Below, in pieces: positions 50,137-59,132 of a stretch of 64,000 nt of DNA. Numbering within the stretch: position 1 is the first letter of the stretch; the number at the start of each line of letters is the position of its first letter. The notes beneath the pieces were generated by a model. It saw only the letters and a program-made list of their open reading frames with translations. It was not told the DNA's origin and made no database searches. Source of the stretch: a plasmid. The stretch is from the sequence record NZ_CP096708.1. One strand, 5' to 3'. The translations under genes were made by a program, and so were the position numbers.

Positions 50137-51222
50137 ATGAATTATAGTCAAGTTTTAAGTAAATACTTCGATATCTCAAAAGAAAACGCTATTGCACAAG
50201 AACACCCCGTGGCAATAATAACGATTGGCGCTGAAAATACAGGTAAAGAAGTTATCACTGCACAAGCACAAAATGAATTAAGTCATCGAGGAGGATCAAT
50301 TCTATTAGATAAAGACCTAATTTCTGTTGCGGATCCGCAACAAACTGAACATGAAAAATATAATACTTTTAAAGACTTATTAGAAAAGGCGAGTAATGAG
50401 AAATTTAATTTAGTTGTAAATCAAGATTTTAAGAGTGAATCTGAGTTTAAAGATATATCTAAAAATTTACAAAGTAAGGGATATGAAATTGAAGTTAGAA
50501 CGATTGCAAGCCCTAATGAAATCAATCAAAAACGTCAAGAGGAACATGAACTTTTAAATTTAAATCTTAAAGGTTTAGAAAAAATAGCAAGTGTTCCTTT
50601 TAAAGAAGATTCTACTGAAAAAATTTTAAGCCAAATAGATAAAGAAGACATTGTTGATAAAGTTAAAATTTATGATCGAGTAGGTAATGAAGTTTACTCA
50701 AATGAGAAAAATCCAGATGGCGAAACATGGGTAAAACAAAAAGAAGCTTATAATGTATATAACTTTGAGACTAATAAACCATTAGCTAAGTCTGAAGCTG
50801 AGTACCTTCTATTAGCTCAACATCAATTAAAAGAATTAAAAGACTCACATACAATGATAAATGAACAATTTAAAGAGATTGATCAAAATAAAGGTATAGA
50901 AATTAAAAAGTTAGAATTAACTTTAGAGAAACCAAAATATATTAGGCAAGCTAAAAATTTCAAAGATGTACAAAGAGGAATAGTGGTTGAAACTTCCCAA
51001 GATAAATTAATTCTAAAACTAAATGATAAAGTTGGCATTGAATACGATATGAAACAATTACAAAAAGAACAGAAAGAATTTACTAACTTGAGACTCGGCC
51101 AAGAATTACATATTAACCATTCAGGAAATACACCAGAGATGATGAATGAACAAGAAATTATGGATTATCACATAACTCAGAATGATCAATCTCATGAAAT
51201 TGGTTTAGATCAGAGCCGTTGA
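50137..51222 (+). CDS. P-loop-like protein with a variant Walker A (GAENTGKE) and a long charged C-terminus
   Basis: IITIGAENTGKEV fits GxxxxGK but has Glu where Ser/Thr is expected. Start taken at MNYSQ behind AAGGA. Confidence 0.4.
   Translation: MNYSQVLSKYFDISKENAIAQEHPVAIITIGAENTGKEVITAQAQNELSHRGGSILLDKDLISVADPQQTEHEKYNTFKDLLEKASNEKFNLVVNQDFKSESEFKDISKNLQSKGYEIEVRTIASPNEINQKRQEEHELLNLNLKGLEKIASVPFKEDSTEKILSQIDKEDIVDKVKIYDRVGNEVYSNEKNPDGETWVKQKEAYNVYNFETNKPLAKSEAEYLLLAQHQLKELKDSHTMINEQFKEIDQNKGIEIKKLELTLEKPKYIRQAKNFKDVQRGIVVETSQDKLILKLNDKVGIEYDMKQLQKEQKEFTNLRLGQELHINHSGNTPEMMNEQEIMDYHITQNDQSHEIGLDQSR
50326..50341. repeat. Palindrome family copy inside the 50137-51222 CDS
   Basis: Encodes VADPQ. 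Confidence 0.9.
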
Positions 51223-51235
51223 AAAGGAATACAGT

Positions 51236-52447
51236 ATGAAGTATCAATTTGGAAATGATGTTATTGATGGAAACTTTTCTGGTTTACAACAAATTCTTAA
51301 ACAATTTTATGAAAGAAAAAGAAGACCATTATGCCTTTGTACGGAACCAGGCATTGAGCTATATATAGCAAAGGTTAATGACAGTTACATTCTTAAAAGA
51401 ATGCCAAAGACGGGTGGGCTACATTCACCGATTTGTATGAGTTTTGAACCACCAGAAGAGCTATCTGGACTTGGTGAAGTGCAAGGACAAGCAATACAAG
51501 AAAATTTAGAAGACGGTACAACAAATTTAAAACTTGACTTCAGCCTAACAAAAATTCCTGGGAAAGCACCACCAGCTCCTAGTGGCGCAGATAGTGATTC
51601 CGTTAGAACTGATGGAAAAAAATTAACATTGCGTGGACTTTTACACTATTTATTTGAAGAAGCAAGATTAAATTATTGGAATCCTGATATTCCTAGACGT
51701 AATTGGTACAACGTAAGAAAAGCATTACTCAATGCAAGCGACTCAAAAATTGCAAAACGAGCTTCATTAACGGATAATTTATATATACCTGAATTATTTG
51801 ATGATAAAAAAATTAGAGAAATAACTTCAAGAAGAAATGAGAAGTTAGCTCATATGAATACTGGTAAAAATAGCCAGAGCTTAATGATATTAATTGGTAT
51901 TGTTAAAGAAATAAGCGAAGCTCGTTACGATTACAAAATGGTGGTTAAACATTGCCCCGATTTTCATTTTATGATGAATAAAGATTTACATAAAAGAATA
52001 TATAAAAGATTTCAAGAAGATCTGGAATTATGGGGGATAAATGAATCATCACAGCTTATAACAATTTCCACTTTCACGCGGGGAACTTCAGGTGTAGCAA
52101 ATCTTGAAGAAGTAAGTTTAATGGTTGTTAATGAGCAATGGATACCTTACGAAAATATTTATGAATTTCAATTGATTTCTGAAATGATTGCCGAAAACAG
52201 GCCATTCATTAAAGGATTGAGATACAACCTGGATAGAAAAAAACCTTTATCAAGTTTAGTAGATCTTAATACTTTGCCAGAACCGACAGCAATGTATATT
52301 ATTCCCCCTGCACAATCACATACTTACAGAGAAAGTGTTGATAATCTGATTCAACAAAGTGATTATTTAGGGTGGATCTGGGAAGCTGAAATGGCAATGC
52401 CTGAGCTACCAATTCACAAAACTCAAATAGAGGAAAAGGATGAGTAG
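51236..52447 (+). CDS. Hypothetical protein (403 aa)
   Basis: No recognisable motif. Confidence 0.45.
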   Translation: MKYQFGNDVIDGNFSGLQQILKQFYERKRRPLCLCTEPGIELYIAKVNDSYILKRMPKTGGLHSPICMSFEPPEELSGLGEVQGQAIQENLEDGTTNLKLDFSLTKIPGKAPPAPSGADSDSVRTDGKKLTLRGLLHYLFEEARLNYWNPDIPRRNWYNVRKALLNASDSKIAKRASLTDNLYIPELFDDKKIREITSRRNEKLAHMNTGKNSQSLMILIGIVKEISEARYDYKMVVKHCPDFHFMMNKDLHKRIYKRFQEDLELWGINESSQLITISTFTRGTSGVANLEEVSLMVVNEQWIPYENIYEFQLISEMIAENRPFIKGLRYNLDRKKPLSSLVDLNTLPEPTAMYIIPPAQSHTYRESVDNLIQQSDYLGWIWEAEMAMPELPIHKTQIEEKDE

Positions 52448-52970
52448 TTATTCTATACAGGTCGGGCAAATTAAAGGTCTATATGATATTTTTGTCGAAA
52501 CTTCAGTAGCTAAAACTGATCCAAATTATAGTGAATATAAAAGAATAGGAGATACTTTTCTAAAGTATATTATGACTGAAGATCCTGATTATCATTCTAG
52601 TCAAGTTTATTCTATTCTTTCTGAAGTAAAAGAATTATCTATAGCAAATAGGTTGAAACGGTTAGAAGCGAAAGTCAGAAATAAAAATTTTGACATGCAT
52701 TATCTTGCTTGGGATTATATTAACCGAGGTATAGTTCAAGAGAAAAATGATTATTTAGCTGCACTTCAATTGAATAAAATTTATGCAGAATCGAAGGTTC
52801 AGTATAAAAGAATACATGGTGAAGAAAATGAACTAACTAGCAAAATTTATGCTGAAATGCTTAAAACAAAGCCTGAGAATTTAAGACGTATGTTAAATCA
52901 TAATAGAGAAGTAGATCTATATCTTTTAGAGCCTGCTAAAAAAATTCTTTCACAACTTTCTAGTACATGA
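52440..52970 (+). CDS. Hypothetical protein (176 aa)
   Basis: Overlaps the upstream gene by 8 bp. Confidence 0.4.
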   Translation: MSSYSIQVGQIKGLYDIFVETSVAKTDPNYSEYKRIGDTFLKYIMTEDPDYHSSQVYSILSEVKELSIANRLKRLEAKVRNKNFDMHYLAWDYINRGIVQEKNDYLAALQLNKIYAESKVQYKRIHGEENELTSKIYAEMLKTKPENLRRMLNHNREVDLYLLEPAKKILSQLSST

Positions 52971-53014
52971 TCAATTTGATATGATTCACTCATATACGGA
53001 ACTTTCGAGCTAAC

Positions 53015-53389
53015 ATGATTGATCAATCTATATTAGTACCAGTAAAGATATTAAAACAAAATGATATTTATTACTTGAGTAACAAAGAATTAGATATACT
53101 GGAGCAAAGTAGCAACTTGTATATTGCCATTTCAAACTTCAAAAAACTCTTAATTCAAAAGTATGTTGCTTATGCAATTAATGAAATTGAACCTCCTAAA
53201 TTTGATCTTGATAAGAGTCTCAAAAATGGTGGTATCTTAATTGAAGTTTCTGATGAGTGTTTTGATAGTGATGTTGAACGAGTCACGATGACTATTCCGA
53301 AAAATATTATTAAAGGTATTGATGCTATTTCGGAGAATAGAAGTGCAACATTTACTCAACTAGGTAAACAATTAATCGGTAAGCCCTAA
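53015..53389 (+). CDS. Hypothetical protein (124 aa)
   Basis: A palindrome plus T-run lies 9 bp after the stop. Confidence 0.4.
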   Translation: MIDQSILVPVKILKQNDIYYLSNKELDILEQSSNLYIAISNFKKLLIQKYVAYAINEIEPPKFDLDKSLKNGGILIEVSDECFDSDVERVTMTIPKNIIKGIDAISENRSATFTQLGKQLIGKP

Positions 53390-53397
53390 AAACTACT

Positions 53398-53413
53398 GTT
53401 GCGGATCCGCAAC
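53398..53413. repeat. Palindrome family copy (extended 22-bp form ACTGTTGCGGATCCGCAACAGT)
   Basis: Intergenic, flanked by an A-run and a T-run, so it is likely to act as a terminator. Confidence 0.9.
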
Positions 53414-53496
53414 AGTTTTTTTAAAAAAATAATATACAGAATAGTCTTTTTAATTGATAATGATATGACTAAGTAATACAATTAAGTCTCAAAATG

Positions 53497-53520
53497 AGCC
53501 TAGCGGCTTAAGGAGTCAAA
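53497..53520 (+). promoter_or_regulatory. Conserved leader-RBS module (hairpin 2 only)
   Basis: AGCC-TAGC-GGCT at 53497-53508. AAGGAG at 53510-53515. ATG at 53521. Confidence 0.6.
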
Positions 53521-53898
53521 ATGGTAAAAACCAAGCAATTTATTGCATTTCCAGACAACGTTATTAATGTTTCAAGTAGCTTTGATTTTGAGGCTCTTAT
53601 TTGTGATTTGCCAGAGCAAGTCATAAATGACCTTGATAACGCTATTTTAAAACTTCAATCATTTGAAACGTCATTATATGCAGCCTATAGAGTTGCAAAT
53701 TTCAATTTAAAATCTTTTGTTGATCTTAAACTGCTTAATTTCTATCAAGAAATTGAGATTGAGGATGTGTTTTTATTTATTAATAAAGATGGTCTTTATG
53801 CTCAACTTTCTGCACTAGTCAATAACCAACATAATTTTTGGTTTGTACAGCTAAAAATGTATAAGAACGGGAGTCTGACTGATGAAAATAGCAATTAG
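53521..53898 (+). CDS. Hypothetical protein (125 aa)
   Basis: The ORF sits behind a leader module. Confidence 0.5.
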   Translation: MVKTKQFIAFPDNVINVSSSFDFEALICDLPEQVINDLDNAILKLQSFETSLYAAYRVANFNLKSFVDLKLLNFYQEIEIEDVFLFINKDGLYAQLSALVNNQHNFWFVQLKMYKNGSLTDENSN

Positions 53899-54073
53899 AG
53901 AAATCAAGAATCAGAATTTTAAATTGTTTAAACAATTCAATGGGAAGAAAACTACATATTTCGTGAAATGCAATAAACGAATTATAAAGCTTAATTCATC
54001 TTTGTATACCCATCTTTTTAAATGGATGAGTGTGCATGGAAAATTGTCATAATCGCATTGTCACGGAGAAAAA

Positions 54074-54598
54074 ATGAGTAATATTTTTTACCTAACCAAG
54101 TACGATGATAAGGCACTTAATCAAATTTCCTTTGATTTAAATATTGCCCGTAAAACAATATTTAAATATATGGGAATGGTTGGATTTGTTTTTATTGTTG
54201 CAATCATAGCGATGATTAAAACAACAGATTCAAATTTAAATTTCTTTTTTAGTACTGGAATATTTGTTTGCTTTGTAGTGTTGTCGGTTCTAACAGTAAG
54301 ATTTTTTAGAAATTCAGCAATGCGAAGATCGTTATTTCAGTTGCAATTAAACTCTAATGAAATAGATAGATATCTTTTTAGTGATTGCAAAGCACAAAAA
54401 GAAAGAGCATTAGTGGGATTAATTGCACCTGGACAGATCTGCATTGTTGCAAGTAATGATTTAGGTCAATTCTTTACTGCTATCGGTAATCCAGATTCGA
54501 TACATACAAGTCAAATTAATATCAATCCGAATGAAGTCAATGATTTTAATTTTGTAATTCAAAACAATGACTTCTATGCAATCAATGAAAATTGGTAG
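54074..54598 (+). CDS. Membrane protein (174 aa)
   Basis: Two transmembrane helices. Confidence 0.4.
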   Translation: MSNIFYLTKYDDKALNQISFDLNIARKTIFKYMGMVGFVFIVAIIAMIKTTDSNLNFFFSTGIFVCFVVLSVLTVRFFRNSAMRRSLFQLQLNSNEIDRYLFSDCKAQKERALVGLIAPGQICIVASNDLGQFFTAIGNPDSIHTSQININPNEVNDFNFVIQNNDFYAINENW

Positions 54599-54620
54599 AG
54601 AAGAAAGAAAGGAGAGAGGT

Positions 54621-54827
54621 ATGAGTGAAGCATTAATTGTTTTTCCTAGAAGATGCAGTATTTGCGATGCCGAAAAAGCTGAGCATCTGATTGATGCAAA
54701 TGGCTTTTCTGCAATGGATGAAGTGATGTGTGAGTATTGTTATCAAGCATTTCAACAGATTCAAGCTAACACTCTTGCTAAACAAAATCGTCAGATGAGA
54801 TTAAGTAAATTAAGGATCGTTCAATGA
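54621..54827 (+). CDS. Small zinc-finger protein
   Basis: CSIC...CEYC. Shine-Dalgarno GGAGAGAGG before the ATG at 54621. Confidence 0.45.
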   Translation: MSEALIVFPRRCSICDAEKAEHLIDANGFSAMDEVMCEYCYQAFQQIQANTLAKQNRQMRLSKLRIVQ

Positions 54828-55294
54828 ATTATCTAGCTTTAATACCTCTTCTTGTATCACTTTCAAACTATTGTCATGCTGATTTTGTTGCAAAAGTAGT
54901 GGGTGTAACGGATGGCGACACAATAACTGTTTTGGATGCTCAAAAAAATCAGGTAAGAATAAGACTGGCTAATATAGATGCGCCAGAAAAAAATCAACCT
55001 TTTGGCTCACGTTCAAAACAAGCACTATCAGACTTAGTTTTTAATAAATATGTTTATATTAAAGAGAGCGGTTTTGATAAACATAATAGAATGATAGCAA
55101 CAGTAATGAAAGGTAATGATCCAATTAATAGAATCATGGTTAAAGATGGTTTTGCCTGGGCATACAAAGAGTATCTAAACGATCCAATTATTTTAAATCT
55201 GGAAACATACGCAAAGAAAAATCGGGTGGGATTGTGGCAAGATCCTAATCCAATATATCCGAGCCAATGGCGCAGGATGCAAACACAAAAATAA
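54824..55294 (+). CDS. Secreted thermonuclease (SNase/Nuc family)
   Basis: Signal peptide, then DGDTITV...RLANIDAPE, matching the SNase catalytic core. Confidence 0.75.
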   Translation: MNYLALIPLLVSLSNYCHADFVAKVVGVTDGDTITVLDAQKNQVRIRLANIDAPEKNQPFGSRSKQALSDLVFNKYVYIKESGFDKHNRMIATVMKGNDPINRIMVKDGFAWAYKEYLNDPIILNLETYAKKNRVGLWQDPNPIYPSQWRRMQTQK

Positions 55295-55421
55295 GTTAGA
55301 TAAAGCTAACTGGTGAGCCGCATGGCTTATGGTGTGTATATGAAAAGCCAAATTAATGAGAATACCTACATTTTGATTGTAGAACTCTCAAATATTTTAA
55401 AAATTAAACAAGGATTTAATT

Positions 55422-55919
55422 ATGAGAATAATTAGTAAATTTTCATTATTAATTATCTTAGCGGCAACGGCTGGGCAAGTATTTTCCGCATCGGAGAAAG
55501 ATAGTTCAATAATGTCATCTGAGCAAATTGAGTTATTTCAGAAAAATGCTCTATTTATGAAAATTCCAAAATTACAGGATCGTCAAGATTCAAGTGGATT
55601 TATACTAAAGAAGGCTATGGAAAAGCTTGATACGCTAAAGACCTCTGAAGATAAGCTATCTTATGCAATTGCAATGAATCAGCAGTTAGATAGTGGATTT
55701 CATGTTAATGACAATTACTTTCCTCTACAGTGGAGTAAAGATAAAGAATATTTTGATGCTTTTTATATGGGGCTTTTATTTTCGATAAATGAAGAAATCA
55801 AAGCTGGAAAGAAAGATACCAATTCCATAGTCAAGGAGTATGAAAATAATTTTCCATTTAAGATTTACGACTCTGATTTGCTAAAAATCAAAGAGTACGA
55901 AGAAAATTTACAGCGATAA
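55422..55919 (+). CDS. Secreted hypothetical protein (165 aa)
   Basis: Signal peptide. Confidence 0.45.
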   Translation: MRIISKFSLLIILAATAGQVFSASEKDSSIMSSEQIELFQKNALFMKIPKLQDRQDSSGFILKKAMEKLDTLKTSEDKLSYAIAMNQQLDSGFHVNDNYFPLQWSKDKEYFDAFYMGLLFSINEEIKAGKKDTNSIVKEYENNFPFKIYDSDLLKIKEYEENLQR

Positions 55920-55987
55920 AGTTTATTTAATTTTAAAAAGAGTATGGAAAACATCAATTTAAAATATGTTTTCAAACTTAATTGAGG

Positions 55988-56011
55988 AGCTGAAAGGCTT
56001 ATGGAGTGTTT
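55988..56011 (+). promoter_or_regulatory. Conserved leader-RBS module (hairpin 2 only)
   Basis: AGCT-GAAA-GGCT TATGGAG, with the ATG at 56012. Confidence 0.55.
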
Positions 56012-56305
56012 ATGAAAATCAAATCTGCACTAATTAAACTATTTGTATTAGTTTCAATAATATCACTTGCGGGATGTACACCAATGCGTCCTGAAGACGG
56101 ATATTTTTTATCAAAAGCCTATAATATATTTTTTTCAATAGGTTACATAATATTACTTGGTGTATTTATAAAAAGTGTGAGAGGAGCAGCACTTGGTATT
56201 GGAATTATCTTATTAATATCAGCGTATATAGCATGGGTATTAACGACGGCTATGTATCCTCCGATGAATTTAGTCATCACTCTACCGTACAAATGGTGGG
56301 TATAA
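56012..56305 (+). CDS. Small membrane protein
   Basis: Lipoprotein-like LAGC and two transmembrane helices. Confidence 0.4.
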   Translation: MKIKSALIKLFVLVSIISLAGCTPMRPEDGYFLSKAYNIFFSIGYIILLGVFIKSVRGAALGIGIILLISAYIAWVLTTAMYPPMNLVITLPYKWWV

Positions 56306-56369
56306 AGAAAGCTAAAACAACGTAAAAGTTGTTTAAATTTTACTATTTAGGCAATATCACAATGAAACT

Positions 56370-56385
56370 GTTGCGGATCCGCAAC
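56370..56385. repeat. Palindrome family copy upstream of the H-NS-like gene
   Basis: Lies 28 bp before the ATG. Confidence 0.9.
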
Positions 56386-56412
56386 ATAAATTAATCCAGA
56401 GAAGAGAAAGCT

Positions 56413-56736
56413 ATGAAAGACATAGAAAACTACACAGTACCTGAACTTGAAAGTTTACGTGTAAGAGCAGGTGAACTTATCGAGCTAAAAAAAGAGCAAG
56501 CTATTGATGATGCGTATGAAAAACTACTCGAAATAGCTGAATCAGTGGGCTATAAGGTTGAAGACTTATTAGCTTATGGTGAACAGAAAAAAAAGAAAAA
56601 AACACGTAAATCTGTAGAACCAAAATATCGTAATAAACTGAATAATGATGAAACTTGGACAGGACGTGGAAAACCACCACGATGGTTAGTTGCACAACTA
56701 GAAAAAGGTGCGAAGCTAAACGATTTCCTTATCTAA
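56413..56736 (+). CDS. H-NS-family nucleoid-associated protein
   Basis: C-terminal TWTGRGKPPRW matches the H-NS DNA-binding motif. A palindrome copy lies 28 bp upstream of the ATG. Confidence 0.7.
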   Translation: MKDIENYTVPELESLRVRAGELIELKKEQAIDDAYEKLLEIAESVGYKVEDLLAYGEQKKKKKTRKSVEPKYRNKLNNDETWTGRGKPPRWLVAQLEKGAKLNDFLI

Positions 56737-56809
56737 ACACATACCCTTATTTTATTGCCCCGTTTTTTTCAGTACTGAAAAAAAGCCAAGCCAATATAAT
56801 AAGGGTTTT

Positions 56810-57010
56810 TTATACCCCTGATTTTTCTTTTTTTAAATTCTGCATTGTGATTATAATTTCTTCCAAAGTAAGGTCATCAAGTCCCTTGTCAACTAGTGCA
56901 TGAACAATATCAGACTCTTTAATTGTTATGTTGTGCTCAAAAGATAGTTTACGAGCTAGATCCTCAACTTGTTCAGCTTGACGATCTCTAAGACGAATAC
57001 TTTTAGCCAT
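56810..57010 (-). CDS. Small hypothetical protein (possible RHH/CopG-like)
   Basis: A 66-aa ORF, the only minus-strand ORF in this block. Confidence 0.3.
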   Translation of the reverse strand: MAKSIRLRDRQAEQVEDLARKLSFEHNITIKESDIVHALVDKGLDDLTLEEIIITMQNLKKEKSGV

Positions 57011-57150
57011 TCAAAAAACCTCTAGTTTTATAATTTATTATAAATCATTTTTTAAACTGTTCTGTAGAAAATACTATATTTATTTTGTACCTATTCGAAA
57101 AAAGTATATAATATCATCGTGAAATAATATGTCTTAAACATACTTTTTAG

Positions 57151-57175
57151 AGCCGATAGGCTTATGGTGTTAAAA
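57151..57175 (+). promoter_or_regulatory. Conserved leader-RBS module (hairpin 2 only)
   Basis: AGCC-GATA-GGCT TATGGTG ttaaaa ATG. Confidence 0.6.
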
Positions 57176-57907
57176 ATGAAAAATACACAAGGTAAAGAAC
57201 TAAACTTAATTCTTGGCGACCGTTATGCATCAGTACAAGAAGTATTGGATAGTAAAACTAATTTGAATGGTACTGTAGCGTCTTGGAATCTCAAAGCTTT
57301 GGACTCTATTCATGTAATAGATTCAATAAATGATGATCAAAAACGTAATGAAATTGCTTTTAAAAGAAAGCGTAAAAACAATGTAATAACATGGGCACTG
57401 ATTGGCGGAGTATTGGATGCTTCATCTGGAGAAGACAGTATTTTAGATGGTGTTTTATTAGGTGGATTATTCGGCTATGCATCCAGTGGCAGTGTAGAAA
57501 AACCTGAAGCGAGCATTCTCTTAACTTTTACTAATGGCGATAAATTAGGACTTTATGTTAACCAAAACGAACTTCTAAAAATTATGGAAGTACAACAAGA
57601 GGACAATTTAATTGATGGAAAAAAGATTGGTAATTTAACAGTAGAACAGCAGCAGATCGTTATTGAATCTCGTAGAAATGATGAATTTTTCAATCAACTG
57701 CTTGCAGCAGTTATTATGTTAATCGGTATAGGTCTTTTTAACTTTTTGTTCGGAGAGGACGTGAAGCAAGAAGTTACACATGGCGCATTACTGTTATACA
57801 TAGCAAATATAGGCGGAATGCTGTGTTTTATATATGTAGTCTTATATGCAACAGGTGTGATAGGAAATAAAACTGATGAAGAGTTTAAGAAACCTAACGA
57901 AAAGTAA
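57176..57907 (+). CDS. Hypothetical protein with a C-terminal membrane segment
   Basis: Start taken at MKNTQ behind the leader module. Confidence 0.45.
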   Translation: MKNTQGKELNLILGDRYASVQEVLDSKTNLNGTVASWNLKALDSIHVIDSINDDQKRNEIAFKRKRKNNVITWALIGGVLDASSGEDSILDGVLLGGLFGYASSGSVEKPEASILLTFTNGDKLGLYVNQNELLKIMEVQQEDNLIDGKKIGNLTVEQQQIVIESRRNDEFFNQLLAAVIMLIGIGLFNFLFGEDVKQEVTHGALLLYIANIGGMLCFIYVVLYATGVIGNKTDEEFKKPNEK

Positions 57908-57938
57908 ATTTTAAAACGACTTAATCTCAAAAAATATT

Positions 57939-57964
57939 AGCTGAAAAGCTTAAGGAGCTTAAAT
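57939..57964 (+). promoter_or_regulatory. Conserved leader-RBS module (hairpin 2 only)
   Basis: AGCT-GAAA-AGCT at 57939-57950. AAGGAG at 57952-57957. ATG at 57965. Confidence 0.6.
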
Positions 57965-58540
57965 ATGAAAACCAGTGAAGACAGAGTGACTAATTTTTTT
58001 CTGATTTTATACGGGGTTGCTGAAACTTTTATATATAATGTTGTCTTTATAACACTAATGATTATTGGTTATTTCTTGTCAAATAAACTTGGTTATGACC
58101 ATAAAGGTTTTCTTCTGTTTTTCTTATGTTTTTTAAGTGTTCAGTCTATTGGTAAATCACTGTATTTATTTGGATTGTTGTTTTATTCTAAGAGTTTGGA
58201 TCAATTTCCCTTAAAAGAATTAGGTATCTTTATTTCAAATTGTATTATTACAATTCTCACTATTTTTTTCACTTTCTATGTTTTTGATTTAAGCCTTTCT
58301 GATAAAAATACTTTTGGTACGTTTAGTACATTGTGCTTATTTATCATGATAGATTTTATGCTTACACCTTATTCTTTTAATATTTTTAGAAATTATAATT
58401 TTATTAACCAACCTGATCCAATGATTGAAAATCCCATTGTTGTTGATAAAAAAAGCAAAGGCATATTTAATTTTATCTTTAGTTTTTCCTCGCTGACTTT
58501 GGGTATGATAGTAGTTGAGTATCTTAGTAATCAAATTTAA
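57965..58540 (+). CDS. Polytopic membrane protein (191 aa)
   Basis: Several hydrophobic helices. Confidence 0.4.
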   Translation: MKTSEDRVTNFFLILYGVAETFIYNVVFITLMIIGYFLSNKLGYDHKGFLLFFLCFLSVQSIGKSLYLFGLLFYSKSLDQFPLKELGIFISNCIITILTIFFTFYVFDLSLSDKNTFGTFSTLCLFIMIDFMLTPYSFNIFRNYNFINQPDPMIENPIVVDKKSKGIFNFIFSFSSLTLGMIVVEYLSNQI

Positions 58541-58572
58541 TTTTCTATTTTAGATTTACTATTTTTTAATGA

Positions 58573-58597
58573 ACTGAAAGGTTTAAGGAGTTAAATA
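58573..58597 (+). promoter_or_regulatory. Conserved leader-RBS module (hairpin 2 only)
   Basis: AACT-GAAA-GGTT at 58573-58584. AAGGAG at 58585-58590. ATG at 58598. Confidence 0.55.
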
Positions 58598-58918
58598 ATG
58601 TTTGACACAACAAACGATATAAAAGTGGAAGCCCAAAATGCATTTGGAGCCTATGCTCTCATAGCATCTTCACCAAACCGAGGGCAACTTTACACTTTTA
58701 AGGCGATTCAATACTCTGTACATAGGATAGATAAAAGTAAAACTTATGAATTAAGTATATTTACAGGCATGATAGTTTCAATCAAAAGTAACGAATCAGA
58801 TCCAACGTTGCTTGAGGTTCGCTATATAAATCCTAGTAATAAGTATTGCGAGATATTTGTAACTGATATGTCGATATCTGAGCTTGAAAGTTTAATCAAT
58901 TCAAATAAATCTACGTAA
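58598..58918 (+). CDS. Hypothetical protein (106 aa)
   Basis: The ORF sits behind a leader module. Confidence 0.45.
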   Translation: MFDTTNDIKVEAQNAFGAYALIASSPNRGQLYTFKAIQYSVHRIDKSKTYELSIFTGMIVSIKSNESDPTLLEVRYINPSNKYCEIFVTDMSISELESLINSNKST

Positions 58919-59013
58919 AATTAATCACAGGGTTTTATTAAGTTTGAAAAATTTCTAGCGTGCTTTCATTCTTTAGTTATGGTTTTTATTGAGTAAAGTA
59001 CGCTAATTCATAG

Positions 59014-59042
59014 AGCTGAAAAGCTTAAGGTGTTTTGAAAAT
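59014..59042 (+). promoter_or_regulatory. Conserved leader-RBS module (hairpin 2 only)
   Basis: AGCT-GAAA-AGCT at 59014-59025. AAGGTG at 59027-59032. ATG at 59043. Confidence 0.6.
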
Positions 59043-59132
59043 ATGAAAATTAGATATTTAAAATTGATCGTTCTCTTTTTATTTGTTCAGGCTTTAATTG
59101 CATGCCATCAAATAGCAGGAGGTGTAATTTGA
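59043..59132 (+). CDS. Possible 29-aa leader peptide ORF overlapping the methyltransferase start
   Basis: The ATG follows the module. The ORF contains AGGAGGTG four nt before an in-frame TTG (59129) of the methyltransferase reading frame. Confidence 0.25.
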   Translation: MKIRYLKLIVLFLFVQALIACHQIAGGVI

